NCBI GenBank assembly: GCA_964016885.1
Contig: OZ024741.1
Location: 12,586,001-12,650,000 of the forward strand
DNA length: 64,000 nucleotides
Direction: 5' to 3'
Source of the DNA: Eledone cirrhosa
Lineage: Eukaryota
A program made the translations under genes and the position numbers. Below, piece by piece: positions 15,940-34,499 of this stretch. Within the stretch, counting starts at the first letter, position 1. Each line of letters begins with the position of its first letter. The notes below the pieces were generated by a model. The model was not told where the DNA came from. It saw only the letters and a program-made list of their open reading frames with translations, and searched no databases.

Positions 15940-18900
15940 CCTCTACTGAGTTACATACATACACATCTACTGAGTTACATACACACACATCTACTGAGTT
16001 ACATACACACATCTACTGAGTTTCATACACACACATCTACTGAGTTACACACACATCTACTGAGTTACATATACACACATCTACTGAGTTGCATACACAC
16101 ATCTACTGAGTTACATATACACACATCTGCTGTGTTACATACACACACCTCTACTGAGTCACATACATACACCTACTGAGTTACATACACACATCTGCTG
16201 AGTTACATACACACACATCTACTGAGTTACATACACACACATCTACTGAGTTACATACATACACATCTACTGAGTTACATACACACACATCTACTGAGTT
16301 ACATACACACACATCTACTGAGTTGCATATACACACATCTACTGAGTTGCATATACACACATCTACTGAGTTACATACACACAAATCTACTGAGTTACAT
16401 ACACACACATCAACTGAGATACATACACACATCTACAGAGTTACATACACACACATCTACTGACTTTCATATACACACATCTACTGAGTTAAATACACAC
16501 ACATCTACTGAGTTACATACACAAACACCTACCGAGTTACATACACACACATCGACTGAGTTACATACACACGCATCTACTGAGTTACATACACACATCT
16601 ACTGAATTACATACACGCACATTTACTGAGTTACATACACACACATCTACTGAGTTACATACACACACATCTCCTAAGTTACATACACCCATCTTCTGAG
16701 TTACATACATACACATCTATTGAGTTACATACACACACATCTACTGAGTTACATACACACAAATCTACTGAGTTACATACACAAACATCTACTGAGTTAT
16801 ATACACACACATCTACTGAGTTACATACACACACATCTACTGAGTTACATATACACACATCTACTGAGTTACATACACACATCTACTGAGTTACGTACGC
16901 TCACATCTACTGAGTTACATACACTCACATCTACTGAGTTACATACACACATCTACAGAGTTACATACACTCACATCTACTGAATTACATACACACATCT
17001 ACTGAGTTACATACACACACATCTACTGAGTTATATACACACATATCTACTGAGTTACATACACACACATCTATTGAGTTACATACACACACATCTACTG
17101 TGTCAAATACATACACATCTACTGAGTTACATACACACATCTACTGAATTACGTACACACACATCTACTGAGTTACATACACACGCATCTACTGAGTTAC
17201 ATACACACATCTGCTGAGTTAGATACACACACATCTACTGAGTTACATACACACACATCAACTGAGTTACATACATACACATCTACTTAGTTACATACAC
17301 ACACATCTATTGAGTTAAATACACACACATCTACTGCGTTACATATACACACATCCACTGAGTTACATACACACACCTCTACTGAGTGACATACACACAT
17401 CTACTGAGTTACATACACGCACATCTACTGAGTTACATACATACACCTACTGAGCTACATACACACACATCTACTTAGTTACATACACCGACATCTACTG
17501 TGTTACATATACACACATCTACTGAGTTACATACACACAAATCTACTGAGTTACCTACACACACATCTAATGAGTTACATACACGCACATCTTCTGAATT
17601 ACATATACACACATCTACTGAGTTACATACACACACATCAACTGAGATACATACACACATCTACAGAGTTACATACAGACACATCTACTGAGTTACATAT
17701 ACACATCTACTAAGCTACATATACACACATCTACTGAGTTACAGACACACATCTACTGAGTTACATACACACATCTACTGAGTTACATACACACACATCT
17801 ACTGAGTTACATACACACATATTTACAGAGTTACATACACACATCTAATGAGCTACATACACACATATCTACTGAGTTACATACACACATCTAGTGAGTT
17901 ACATACACACATCTACTGAGTTACATACACACACATCTACTGAGTTACATACACACACCTCTACTGAGTTACATACACACATCCACTGAGTTACATACAC
18001 GCACATCTACTGAGTTACATACATACATCTACTGAGTTACGTACGCTCACATCTACTGAGTTACATACACACACATCTACAGAGTTACATATACACACCT
18101 CTACTGAGTTGGATACACACATCTACTGAGTTACATATACACACATCTACTGTGTTACATACACACACCTCTACTGAGTTACATACATACACATCTACTG
18201 AGTTACATACACACACATCTACTGAGTTACATACACACACATCTACTAAGTTACATACACACATCTACTGAGTTACATACACACAAATCTACTGAGTTAC
18301 ATACACACACATCTAATGAGTTACATACACGCACATCTACTGAGTTACATACATACATCTACTGAGTTACATACAGACACATCTACTGAGTTACATACAC
18401 ACCTCTACTGAGTTACATACACACACCATCTACTGAGTTACATACACACACATCTACTGAGTTACATACACACACATCAACTGAGATACATACACACATC
18501 TACAGAGTTACATACAGACACATCTACTGAGTTACATATACACATCTACTAAGCTACATACACACACATCTACTGAGTTACAGACACACATCTAATGAGT
18601 TACATACACACATCTACTGAGTTACATACACACACATCTACTGAGTTACATACACACATCTACTGAGTTACATACACACATATCTACTGAGTTACATATA
18701 CACATATCTACCGAGTTACATACACATATCTACTGAGTTACATACACACACACAACTACTGAGTTCCATGCACACTACTCCTGAGTTACATACACTCACA
18801 TCTACTGAGTTACATACACACACATCTACTGAGTTACATACACATATCTACTGAGGTACATACACACACAACTACTGAGTTACATGCACACATCTACTGA

Positions 18901-21900
18901 GTTACATACACACATATCTACTGAGTTACATACACACCTCTACTTAGTTACATACACACATCTACTGAGTTGCATACATATACATCTACTGAGTTACATA
19001 CACTCACATCTACTGAGTTACATACACACACATCTACTGAATCACATACATACATCAACTAAATTACATACACACACATCTACTGAGTTACATACACACG
19101 CATCTACTGAGTTACATACACACTACTGCTGAGTTACATACACACACATCTACTGAGTTACATACACACACATCTACTGTGTTACATACACACACATCTA
19201 CTGAGTCACATACATACATCTACTGAATTACATACACGCACATCTACTGAGTTACATACACACACATCTACTGAGTTACATACACACACATCTACTGAGT
19301 TACATACATACATCTACTGAGTTACATACACACACATCTACTGAGTTACATACACACACATCTACTGAGTTACATATACACACATTTACTGTGTTACATA
19401 CACACACATCTACTGAGTTACATACACACATCTACTGAGTTATATACACTCACATCTACTGAGTTACATACACTCACATCTACTGAGTTACGTACACACA
19501 TATCTACTGAGTTACATACACACATCTAGTGAGTTACATACACACATCTACTGAGTTACATACACACACATCTACTGAGTTACATACACACACCTCCACT
19601 GAGTTACATACACACATCCACTGAGTTACATACACACACCTCTACTGAGTTACATACACACACCTCTACTGAGTTACATACACACATCCACTGAGCTACA
19701 TACACACACCTCTACTCAGTTACATACACACATCTACTGAGTTATATACACACATCAACTGAGTTACATACACATACATCTACTGAATTACATACATACA
19801 CATCTACTGAGTTACATACACACGCATCTACTGAGTTCCATACACACATCCAGTGAGTTACATACACGCACATCTACTGAGTTACATACATACATCTACT
19901 GAGTTACGTACGCTCACATCTACTGAGTTACATTCACACACATCTACAGAGTTACATATACACACATCTACTGAGTTGCATACACACATCTACTGAGTTA
20001 CATATACACACATCTACTGTGTTACATACACACACCTCTACTGAGTTACATACATACACATCTACTGAGTTACATACACACACATCTACTGAGTTACATA
20101 CACACATCTACTGAGTTTCATACACACACATCTACTGAGTTACACACACATCTACTGAGTTACATATACACACATCTACTGAGTTGCATACACACATCTA
20201 CTGAGTTACATATACACACATCTGCTGTGTTACATACACACACCTCTACTGAGTCACATACATACACCTACTGAGTTACATACACACATCTGCTGAGTTA
20301 CATACACACACATCTACTGAGTTACATACACACACATCTACTGAGTTACATACATACACATCTACTGAGTTACATACACACACATCTACTGAGTTACATA
20401 CACACACATCTACTGAGTTGCATATACACACATCTACTGAGTTGCATATACACACATCTACTGAGTTACATACACACAAATCTACTGAGTTACATACACA
20501 CACATCAACTGAGATACATACACACATCTACAGAGTTACATACACACACATCTACTGACTTTCATATACACACATCTACTGAGTTAAATACACACACATC
20601 TACTGAGTTACATACACAAACACCTACCGAGTTACATACACACACATCGACTGAGTTACATACACACGCATCTACTGAGTTACATACACACATCTACTGA
20701 ATTACATACACGCACATTTACTGAGTTACATACACACACATCTACTGAGTTACATACACACACATCTCCTAAGTTACATACACACATCTTCTGAGTTACA
20801 TACACACACATCTACTGAGTTACATATACACACATCTACTGAGTTACATACACACATCTACTGAGTTACGTACGCTCACATCTACTGAGTTACATACACT
20901 CACATCTACTGAGTTACATACACACATCTACAGAGTTACATACACTCACATCTACTGAATTACATACACACATCTACTGAGTTACATACACACACATCTA
21001 CTGAGTTATATACACACATATCTACTGAGTTACATACACACACATCTATTGAGTTACATACACACACATCTACTGTGTCAAATACATACACATCTACTGA
21101 GTTACATACACACATCTACTGAATTACGTACACACACATCTACTGAGTTACATACACACGCATCTACTGAGTTACATACACACATCTGCTGAGTTAGATA
21201 CACACACATCTACTGAGTTACATACACACACATCAACTGAGTTACATACATACACATCTACTTAGTTACATACACACACATCTATTGAGTTAAATACACA
21301 CACATCTACTGCGTTACATATACACACATCCACTGAGTTACATACACACACCTCTACTGAGTGACATACACACATCTACTGAGTTACATACACGCACATC
21401 TACTGAGTTACATACATACACCTACTGAGCTACATACACACACATCTACTTAGTTACATACACCGACATCTACTGTGTTACATATACACACATCTACTGA
21501 GTTACATACACACAAATCTACTGAGTTACATACACACATATTTACAGAGTTACATACACACATCTAATGAGCTACATACACACATATCTACTGAGTTACA
21601 TACACACATCTAGTGAGTTACATACACACATCTACTGAGTTACATACACACACATCTACTGAGTTACATACACACACATCAACTGAGTTACATACATACA
21701 CATCTACTTAGTTACATACACACACATCTAATGAGTTACATACACGCACATCTTCTGAATTACATATACACACATCTACTGAGTTACATACACACACATC
21801 AACTGAGATACATACACACATCTACAGAGTTACATACAGACACATCTACTGAGTTACATATACACATCTACTAAGCTACATATACACACATCTACTGAGT

Positions 21901-23465
21901 TACAGACACACATCTACTGAGTTACATACACACATCTACTGAGTTACATACACACACATCTACTGAGTTACATACACACATATTTACAGAGTTACATACA
22001 CACATCTAATGAGCTACATACACACATATCTACTGAGTTACATACACACATCTAGTGAGTTACATACACACATCTACTGAGTTACATACACACACATCTA
22101 CTGAGTTACATACACACACCTCTACTGAGTTACATACACACATCCACTGAGTTACATACACGCACATCTACTGAGTTACATACATACATCTACTGAGTTA
22201 CGTACGCTCACATCTACTGAGTTACATACACACACATCTACAGAGTTACATATACACACCTCTACTGAGTTGGATACACACATCTACTGAGTTACATATA
22301 CACACATCTACTGTGTTACATACACACACCTCTACTGAGTTACATACATACACATCTACTGAGTTACATACACACACATCTACTGAGTTACATACACACA
22401 CATCTACTAAGTTACATACACACATCTACTGAGTTACATACACACAAATCTACTGAGTTACATACACACACATCTAATGAGTTACATACACGCACATCTA
22501 CTGAGTTACATACATACATCTACTGAGTTACATACAGACACATCTACTGAGTTACATACACACCTCTACTGAGTTACATACACACACCATCTACTGAGTT
22601 ACATACACACACATCTACTGAGTTACATACACACACATCAACTGAGATACATACACACATCTACAGAGTTACATACAGACACATCTACTGAGTTACATAT
22701 ACACATCTACTAAGCTACATACACACACATCTACTGAGTTACAGACACACATCTACTGAGTTACATACACACATCTACTGAGTTACATACACACACATCT
22801 ACTGAGTTACATACACACATCTACTGAGTTACATACACACATATCTACTGAGTTACATATACACATATCTACCGAGTTACATACACATATCTACTGAGTT
22901 ACATACACACACACAACTACTGAGTTCCATGCACACTACTCCTGAGTTACATACACTCACATCTACTGAGTACATACACTCACATCTACTGAGTTACATA
23001 CACACACATCTACTGAGTTACATACACATATCTACTGAGGTACATACACACACAACTACTGAGTTACATGCACACATCTACTGAGTTACATACACACATA
23101 TCTACTGAGTTACATACACACCTCTACTTAGTTACATACACACATCTACTGAGTTGCATACATATACATCTACTGAGTTACATACACTCACATCTACTGA
23201 GTTACATACACACACATCTACTGAATCACATACATACATCAACTAAATTACATACACACACATCTACTGAGTTACATACACACGCATCTACTGAGTTACA
23301 TACACACTACTGCTGAGTTACATACACACACATCTACTGAGTTACATACACACACATCTACTGTGTTACATACACACACATCTACTGAGTCACATACATA
23401 CATCTACTGAATTACATACACGCACATCTACTGAGTTACATACACACACATCTACTGAGTTACAT
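15230..23465 (+). repeat. ~4.1-kb tandem higher-order duplication (~15230-19280 and ~19280-23465)
   Basis: Shared rare variants GAGTTCCATAC 15784/19833, GAGTTTCATAC 16018/20113, GTCAAAT 17102/21077 and GAGGTACAT 18853/23037. Identical ORF translations at 16181/20276 and 18884/23068. Confidence 0.87.
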
Positions 23466-26400
23466 ACACACACATCTCCTAAGTTATATACACACATCTA
23501 CTGAGTTACAAACACACACATCTACTGAGTTACATACAGACATATCTACTGAGTTACATACACACATCTACTGAGTTACATACACGCACATCTACATAGT
23601 TACATACATACATCTACTGAGTTACATACACACACATCTACTGAGTTACATACACACACATCTACTGAGTTACATATACACACATCTACTGTGTTACATA
23701 CACACACATCTACTGAGTTACATACACACATCTACTGAGTTATATACACTCACATCTACTGAGTTACATACACTCACATCTACTGAGTTACGTACACACA
23801 TATCTACTGAGTTACATACACACATCTAGTGAGTTACATACACACATCTACTGAGTTACATACACACACATCTACTGAGTTACATACACACACCTCTACT
23901 GAGTTACATACACACATCCACTGAGTTACATACACACACCTCTACTGAGTTACATACACACACCTCTACTGAGTTACATACACACATCCACTGAGCTACA
24001 TACACACACCTCTACTGAGTTACATACACACATCTACTGAGTTATATACACACATCAACTGAGTTACATACACATACATCTACTGAATTACATACATACA
24101 CATCTACTGAGTTACATACACACGCATCTACTGAGTTACATACACACATCCAGTGAGTTACATACACGCACATCTACTGAGTTACATACATACATCTACT
24201 GAGTTACGTACGCTCACATCTACTGAGTTACATTCACACACATCTACAGAGTTACATATACACACATTTACTGAGTTGCATACACACATCTACTGAGTTA
24301 CATATACACACATCTACTGTGTTACATACACACACCTCTACTGAGTTACATACATACACATCTACTGAGTTACATACACACACATCTACTGAGTTACATA
24401 CACACACATCTACTAAGTTACATACACACATCTACTGAGTTACATACACACATCTACTGAGTTACATACACACACATCTACTGAGTTACACACACATCTA
24501 CTGAGTTACATATACACACATCTACTGAGTTGCATACACACATCTACTGAGTTACATATACACACATCTGCTGTGTTACATACACACACCTCTACTGCGT
24601 CACATACATACACCTACTGAGTTACATACACACATCAACTGAGTTACATACACATACATCTACTGAATTACATACATACACATCTACTGAGTTACATACA
24701 CACACATCTACTGAGTTACATACACACACACATCTACTGAGTTACATACATACACATCTACTGAGTTACATACACACACATCTACTGAGTTACATACACA
24801 CACATCTACTGAGTTACATATACACACATCTACTGAGTTACATGTACACACATCTACTGAGTTACATACACACAAATCTACTGAGTTACATACACACACA
24901 TCAACTGAGATACATACACACATCTACAGAGTTACATACACACACATCTACGGACTTTCATATACACACATCTACTGAGTTAAATACACACACATCTACT
25001 GAGTTACATACACAAACACCTACCGAGTTACATACACACACATCTACTGTGTTACATACACACATCTACTGAGTCACATACATACATCTACTGAATTACA
25101 TACACACACATCGACTGAGTTACATACACACGCATCTACTGAGTTATATACACACACATCTACTGAGTTACATACACACACATCTACTGAGTTACATATA
25201 CACACATCTACTGAGTTATATACACACATCTACTGAGTTACATACATACACATCTACTGAATTACGTACGCTCACAACTACTGAGTTACATACACTCACA
25301 TCTACTGAGTTACATACACACGTCTACTGAGTTACATACACTCACATCTACTGTATTACATACACACATCTACTGAGTTACATACACACACATCTACTGA
25401 GTTATATACACACATATCTACTGAGTTACATACACACACATCTATTGAGTTACATACACACACATCTACTGTGTCAAATACATACACATCTACTGAGTTA
25501 CATACACACATCTACTGAATTACGTACACACACATCTACTGAGTTACATACACACGCATCTACTAAGTTACATACACACATCTGCTGAGTTAGATACACA
25601 CACATCTACTGAGTTACATACACACACATCCACTGAGTTACATACATACACATCTACTTAGTTACATACACACACATCTACTGAGTTAAATACACACACA
25701 TCTACTGCGTTACATATACACACATCCACTGAGTTACATACACACACCTCTACTGAGTGACATACACACATCTACTGAGTTACATACACGCACATCTACT
25801 GAGTTACATACATACACCTACTGAGCTACATACACACACATCTACTTAGTTACATACACCGACATCTACTGTGTTACATATACACACATCTACTGAGTTA
25901 CATACACACAAATCTACTGAGTTACCTACACACACATCTAATGAGTTACATACACGCACATCTACTGAGTTACATATACACACATCTACTGAGTTACATA
26001 CACACACACATCAACTGAGATACATACACACATCTACAGAGTTACATACAGACACATCTACTGAGTTACATATACACATCTACTAAGCTACATATACACA
26101 CATCTACTGAGTTACAGACACACATCTACTGAGTTACATACACACATCTACTGAGTTACATACACACACATCTACTGAGTTACATACATACATCTACTGA
26201 GTTACATACATACACATCTACTGAGTTACATAAACACACATCTACTGAGTTACATACAGACACATCTACTGCGTTACATACACACCTCTACTGAGTTACA
26301 TACACACACCATCTACTGAGTTACATACACACACATCAACTGAGATACATACACACATCTACAGAGTTACATACAGACACATCTACTGAGTTACATACAC

Positions 26401-29400
26401 ACATCTACTGAGTTACATACACACACATCTACTGAGTTACATACACACATCAACTGAGTTACATACACACATATCTACTGAGTTACATACACACCTCTAC
26501 TTAGTTACATACACACATCTACTGAGTTGCATACACACACATCTACTGAGTTACATACACACACATCTACTGAGTCACATACATACATCTACTGAATTAC
26601 ATACACACACACAACTACTGAGTTCCATGCACACTACTCCTGAGTTACATACACTCACATCTACTGAGTTACATACACACACATCTACCGAGTTACATAC
26701 ACATATCTACTGAGTTACATACACACACAACTACTGAGTTACATGCACACATCTACTGAGTTACATACACACATATCTACTGAGTTACATACACACCTCT
26801 ACTTAGTTACATACACACATCTACTGAGTTGCATACACACACATCTACTGAGTTACATACACACACATCTACTGAGTCACATACATACATCTACTGAATT
26901 ACATACACACACATCTATGAGTTACATACACACGCATCTACTGAGTTACATACACACATCTACTGAATTACATACACGCACATCTACTGAGTTACATACA
27001 CACACATCTACTGAGTTACATACACACACATCTCCTAAGTTATATACACACATCTACTGAGTTACATACACACACATCTACTGAGTTACATACAGACATA
27101 TCTACTGAGTTACATACACACATCTACTGAGTTACATACACGCACATCTACTGAGTTACATACACACATCTACTGAGTTACATACACACACATCTACTGA
27201 GTTACATATATACATCTACTGAGTTACATACACACACATCTACTGAGTTACATACACACACATCTACTGAGTTACATATACACACATCTACTGTGTTACA
27301 TACACACACATCTACTGAGTTACTTACACACATCTACTGAGTTATATACACTCACATCTACTGAGTTACATACACTCACATCTACTGAGTTACATACACA
27401 CATATCTACTGAGTTACATACACACATCTAATGAGCTACATACACACATATCTACTGAGTTACATACACACATCTAGTGAGTTACATACACACATCTACT
27501 GAGTTACATACACACACATCTACTGAGTTACATACACACACTTCTACTGAGTTACATACACACATCCACTGAGTTACATACACGCACATCTACTGAGTTA
27601 CATACATACATCTACTGAGTTACGTACGCTCACATCTACTGAGTTACATACACACACATCTACAGAGTTACATATACACACATCTACTGAGTTGCATACA
27701 CACATCTACTGCGTTACATATACGCACATCTACTGTGTTACATACACACACCTCTACTGAGTTACATACATACACATCTACTGAGTTACATACACACACA
27801 TCTACTGAGTTACATACACACACATCTACTAAGTTACATACACACATCTACTGAGTTACATACACACAAATCTACTGAGTTACATACACACACATCTAAT
27901 GAGTTACATACACGCACATCTACTGAGTTACATACATACATCTACTGAGTTACATACATACACATCTACTGAGTTATATAAACACACATCTACTGAGTTA
28001 CATACAGACACATCTACTGAGTTACATACACAGCTCTACTGAGTTACATACACACATATCTTCTGAATTACATATACACACATCTACTGAGTTACATACA
28101 CACACATCAACTGAGATACATACACACATCTACAGAGTTACATACAGACACATCTACTGAGTTACATATACACATCTACTAAGCTACATACACACACATC
28201 TACTGAGTTACAGACACACATCTACTGAGTTACATACACACATCTACAGAGTTACATACACACACATCTACTGAGTTACATACACACATCTACTGAGTTA
28301 CATATACACATATCTACCGAGTTACATACACATATCTACTGAGTTACATACACACACACAACTACTGAGTTCCATGCACACTACTCCTGAGTTACATACA
28401 CTCACATCTACTGAGTTACATACACAGACATCTACTGAGTTACATACACATACCTACTGAGTTACATACACACACAACTACTGAGTTACATGCACACATC
28501 CACTGAGTTACATACACACATATCTACTGAGTTACATAGACACCTCTTCTGAGTTACATACACACATCCACTGAGTTACATACACACACCTCTACTGAGT
28601 TACATACACACAGCTCTACTGAGTTACATACACACATCCACTGAGCTACATACACACACATCTACTGAGTTACATACACACACATCTAATGTGTTACATA
28701 CACACACATCTACTGAGTCACATACATACATCTACTGAATTACATACACACACATCTACTGAGTTACATACACACGCATCTACTGAGTTACATACACACA
28801 TCTACTGAATTACATACACGCACATCTACTGAGTTACATACACACACACATCTACTGAGTTACATACACACACATCTCCTAAGTTATATACACACATCTA
28901 CTGAGTTACATACACACACATCTACTGAGTTACATACAGACATATCTACTGAGTTACATACACACATCTACTGAGTTACATACACACACATCTACTGAGT
29001 TACATACATACATCTACTGAGTTACATACACACACATCTACTGAGTTACATACACACACATCTACTGAGTTACATATACACACATCTACTGTGTTACATA
29101 CACACACATCTACTGAGTTACATACACACATCTACTGAGTTATATACACTCACATCTACTGAGTTACATACACTCACATCTACTGAGTTACATACACACA
29201 TATCTACTGAGTTACATACACACATCTAATGAGCTACATACACACATATCTACTGAGTTACATACACACATCTAGTGAGTTACAGACACACATATCTACT
29301 GAGTTACATACACACACATCTACCGAGTTACATACACACACCCCTCTACTGAGTTACATACACACATCCACTGAGTTACATACACGCACATCTACTGAGT

Positions 29401-32400
29401 CACATACATACATCTACTGAGTTACGTACGCTCACATCTACTGAGTTACATACACACACATCTACAGAGTTACATATACACACATCTACTGAGTTACATA
29501 CATACACATCTACTGAGTTACATACACACACATCTACTGAGTTACATACACACACATCTACTAAGTTACATACACACATCTACTGAGTTACATACACACA
29601 ACTCTACTGAGTTACATACACACACATCTAATGAGTTACATACACGCACATCTACTGAGTTACATACATACATCTACTGAGTTACATACATACACATCTA
29701 CTGAGTTATATAAACACACATCTACTGAGTTACATACAGACACATCTACTGAGTTACATACACACCTCTACTGAGTTACATACACACACCATCTACTGAG
29801 TTACATACACACACATCTTCTGAGTTACATACACATACATCTCCTAAGTTATATACACACATCTACTGAGTTACATACACACACATCTACTGAGTTACAT
29901 ACAGACATATCTACTGAGTTACATACACACATCTACTGAGTTACATACACGCACATCTACTGAGTTACATACACACATCTACTGAGTTACATACACACAC
30001 ATCTACTGAGTTACATACATACATCTACTGAGTTACATACACACACATCTACTGAGTTACATACACACACATCTACTGAGTTACATATACACACATCTAC
30101 TGTGTTACATACACACACATCTACTGAGTTACTTACACACATCTACTGAGTTATATACACTCACATCTACTGAGTTACATACACTCACATCTACTGAGTT
30201 ACATACACACATATCTACTGAGTTACATACACACATCTAATGAGCTACATACACACATATCTACTGAGTTACATACACACATCTAGTGAGTTACATACAC
30301 ACATCTACTGAGTTACATACACACACATCTACTGAGTTACATACACACACCTCTACTGAGTTACATACACACATCCACTGAGATACATACACGCACATCT
30401 ACTGAGTTACATACATACATCTACTGAGTTACGTACGCTCACATCTACTGAGTTACATACACACACATCTACAGAGTTACATTTACACACATCTACTGAG
30501 TTGCATACACACATCTACTGAGTTACATATACACACATCTACTGTGTTACATACACACACCTCTACTGAGTTACATACATACACATCTACTGAGTTACAT
30601 ACACACACATCTACTGCGTTACATACACACACATCTACTAAGTTACATACACACATCTACTGAGTTACATACACACAAATCTACTGAGTTACATACAAAC
30701 ACATCTAATGAGTTATATACACGCACATCTACTGAGTTACATACATACATCTACTGAGTTACATACATACACATCTACTGAGTTATATAAACACCCATCT
30801 ACTGAGATACATACAGACACATCTACTGAGTTACATACACACCTCTACTGAGTTACATACACACATATCTTCTGAATTACATATACACACATCTACTGAG
30901 ATACATACACACATCTACAGAGTTACCTACAGACACATCTACTGAGTTACATATACACATCTACTAAGCTACATACACACACATCTACTGAGTTACAGAC
31001 ACACATCTACTGAGTTACATACACACATCTACTGAGTTACATACACACACATCTACTGAGTTACATACACACATCTACTGAGTTACATACACACATATCT
31101 ACTGAGTTACATATACACATATCTACCGAGTTACATACACATATCTACTGAGTTACATACACACACACAACTACTGAGTTCCATGCACACTACTCCTGAG
31201 TTACATACACTCACATCTACTGAGTTACATACACTCACATCTACTGAGTTACATACACACACATCTACTGAGTTACATACACATACCTACTGAGTTACAT
31301 ACACACACAACTACTGAGTTACATGCACACATCCACTGAGTTACATACACACATATCTACTGAGTTACATACACACCTCTACTTAGTTACATACACACAT
31401 CTACTGAGTTGCATACATACACATCTACTGAGTTACATACACTCACATCTACTGAGTTACATACACACACATCTACTGAATCACATACATACATCAACTA
31501 AATTACATTCACACACATCTACTGAGTTACATACACACGCATCTACTGAGTTACATACACACTACTGCTGAGTTACATACACACACATCTACTGAGTTAC
31601 ATACACACACATCTACTGTGTTACATACACACACATCTACTAAGTCACATACATACATCTACTGAATTACATACACACACATCTACTAAGTTACATACAC
31701 ACGCATCTACTGAGTTACATACACACATCTACTGAATTACATACACGCACATCTACTGAGTTACATACACACACATCTACTGAGTTACATACACACACAT
31801 CTTCTAAGTTATATACACACATGTACTGAGTTACATACACACATCTACTGAGTTACATACACGCACATCTACTGAGTTACATACACACATCTACTGAGTT
31901 ACATACACACACATCTACTGAGTTACATACATACATCTACTGAGTTACATACACACACATCTACTGAGTTACATACACACACATCTACTGAGTAACATAT
32001 ACACACATCTACTGTGTTACATACACACACATCTACTGAGTTACATACACACATCTACTGAGTTATATACACTCACATCTACTGAGTTACATACACTCAC
32101 ATCTACTGAGTTACGTACACACATATCTACTGAGTTACATACACACATCTAATGAGCTACATACACACATATCTACTGAGTTACATACACACATCTAGTG
32201 AGCTACATACACACATCTACTGAGTTACATACACACACATCTACTGAATTACATACACACACCTCTTCTGAGTTACATACACACATCCACTGAGTTACAT
32301 ACACACACCTCTACTGAGTTACATATACACAGCTCTACTGAGTTACATACACACATCCACTGAGCTACATACACACACATCTACTGAGTTACATACACAC

Positions 32401-34499
32401 ACATCTAATGTGTTACATACACACACATCTACTGAGTCACATACATACATCTACTGAATTACATACACACACATCTACTGAGTTACATACACACGCATCT
32501 ACTGAGTTACATACACACATCTACTGAATTACATACACGCACATCTACTGAGTTACATACACACACATCTACTGAGTTACATACACACACATCTCCTAAG
32601 TTATATACACACATCTACTGAGTTACATACACACACATCTACTGAGTTACATACAGACATATCTACTGAGTTACATACAAACATCTAATGAGTTACATAC
32701 ACACATCTACTGAGTTACATACACACACATCTACTGAGTTACATACACACACCCCTCTACTGAGTTACATACACACATCCACTGAGTTACATACACGCAC
32801 ATCTACTGAGTTACATACATACATCTACTGAGTTACGTACGCTCACATCTACTGAGTTACATACACACACATCTACAGAGTTACATATACACACATCTAC
32901 TGAGTTGCATACACACATCTAGTGAGTTACATATACACACATCTACTGTGTTACATACACACACCTCTACTGAGTTACATACACACACATCTACTAAGTT
33001 ACATACACATATCTACTGAGTTACATACACACAACTCTACTGAGTTACATACACACACATCCAATGAGTTACATACACGCACATCTACTGAGTTACATAC
33101 ATACATCTACTGAGTTACATACATACACATCTAATGAGTTATATAAACACACATCTACTGAGTTACATACAGACACATCTACTGAGTTACATACACACCT
33201 CTACTGAGTTACATACACACACCATCTACTGAGTTACATACACACACATCTTCTGAGTTACATACACACATCCACTGAGCTACATACACACACATCTACT
33301 GAGTTACATACACACACATCTACTGTGTTACATACACACACATCTACTGAGTCCCATACATACATCTACTGAATTACATACACACACATCTACTGAGTTA
33401 CATACACACGCATCTACTGACTTACATACACACATCTACTGAATTACATACACGCACATCTACTGAGTTACATACACACACATCTACTGAGTTACATACA
33501 CACACATCTCCTAAGTTATATACACACATCTACTGAGTTACATACACACACATCTACTGAGTTACATACACACATATCTACTGAGTTACATACACACATC
33601 TACTGACTTACATACACGCACATCTACTGAGTTACATACATACATCTACTGAGTTACATACACACACATCTACTGAGTTACATACACACACATCTACTGA
33701 GTTACATATACACACATCTACTGTGTTACATACACACACATCTACTGAGTTACATACACACATCTACTGAATAATATACACTCACATCTACTGAGTTACA
33801 TACACTCACATCTACTGAGTTACATACAGACATATCTACTGAGTTACATACACACATCTAATGAGCTACATACACACATATCTACTGAGTTACATACACA
33901 CATCTAGTGTGTTACATACACACATCTACTGAGTTACATACACACACATCTACTGAGTTACATACACACACCCCTCTACTGAGTTACATACACACATCCA
34001 CTGAGTTACATACACGCACATCTACTGAGTTACATACATACATCTACTGAGTTACGTACGCTCACATCTACTGAGTTACATACACACACATCTACAGAGT
34101 TACATATACACACATCTACTGAGTTGCATACACACATCTAGTGAGTTACATATACACACATCTACTGTGTTACTTACACACACCTCTACTGAGTTACATA
34201 CATACACATCTACTGAGTTACATACACACACATCTACTGAGTTACATACACACACATCTACTAAGTTACATACACACATCTACTGAGTTACATACACACA
34301 ACTCTACTGAGTTACATACACACACATCTAATGAGTTACATACACGCACATCTACTGAGTTACATACATACATCTACTGAGTTACATACATACACATCTA
34401 CTGAGTTATATAAACACACATCTACTGAGTTACATACAGACACATCTACTGAGTTACATACACACCTCTACTGAGTTACATACACACACCATCTACTGA

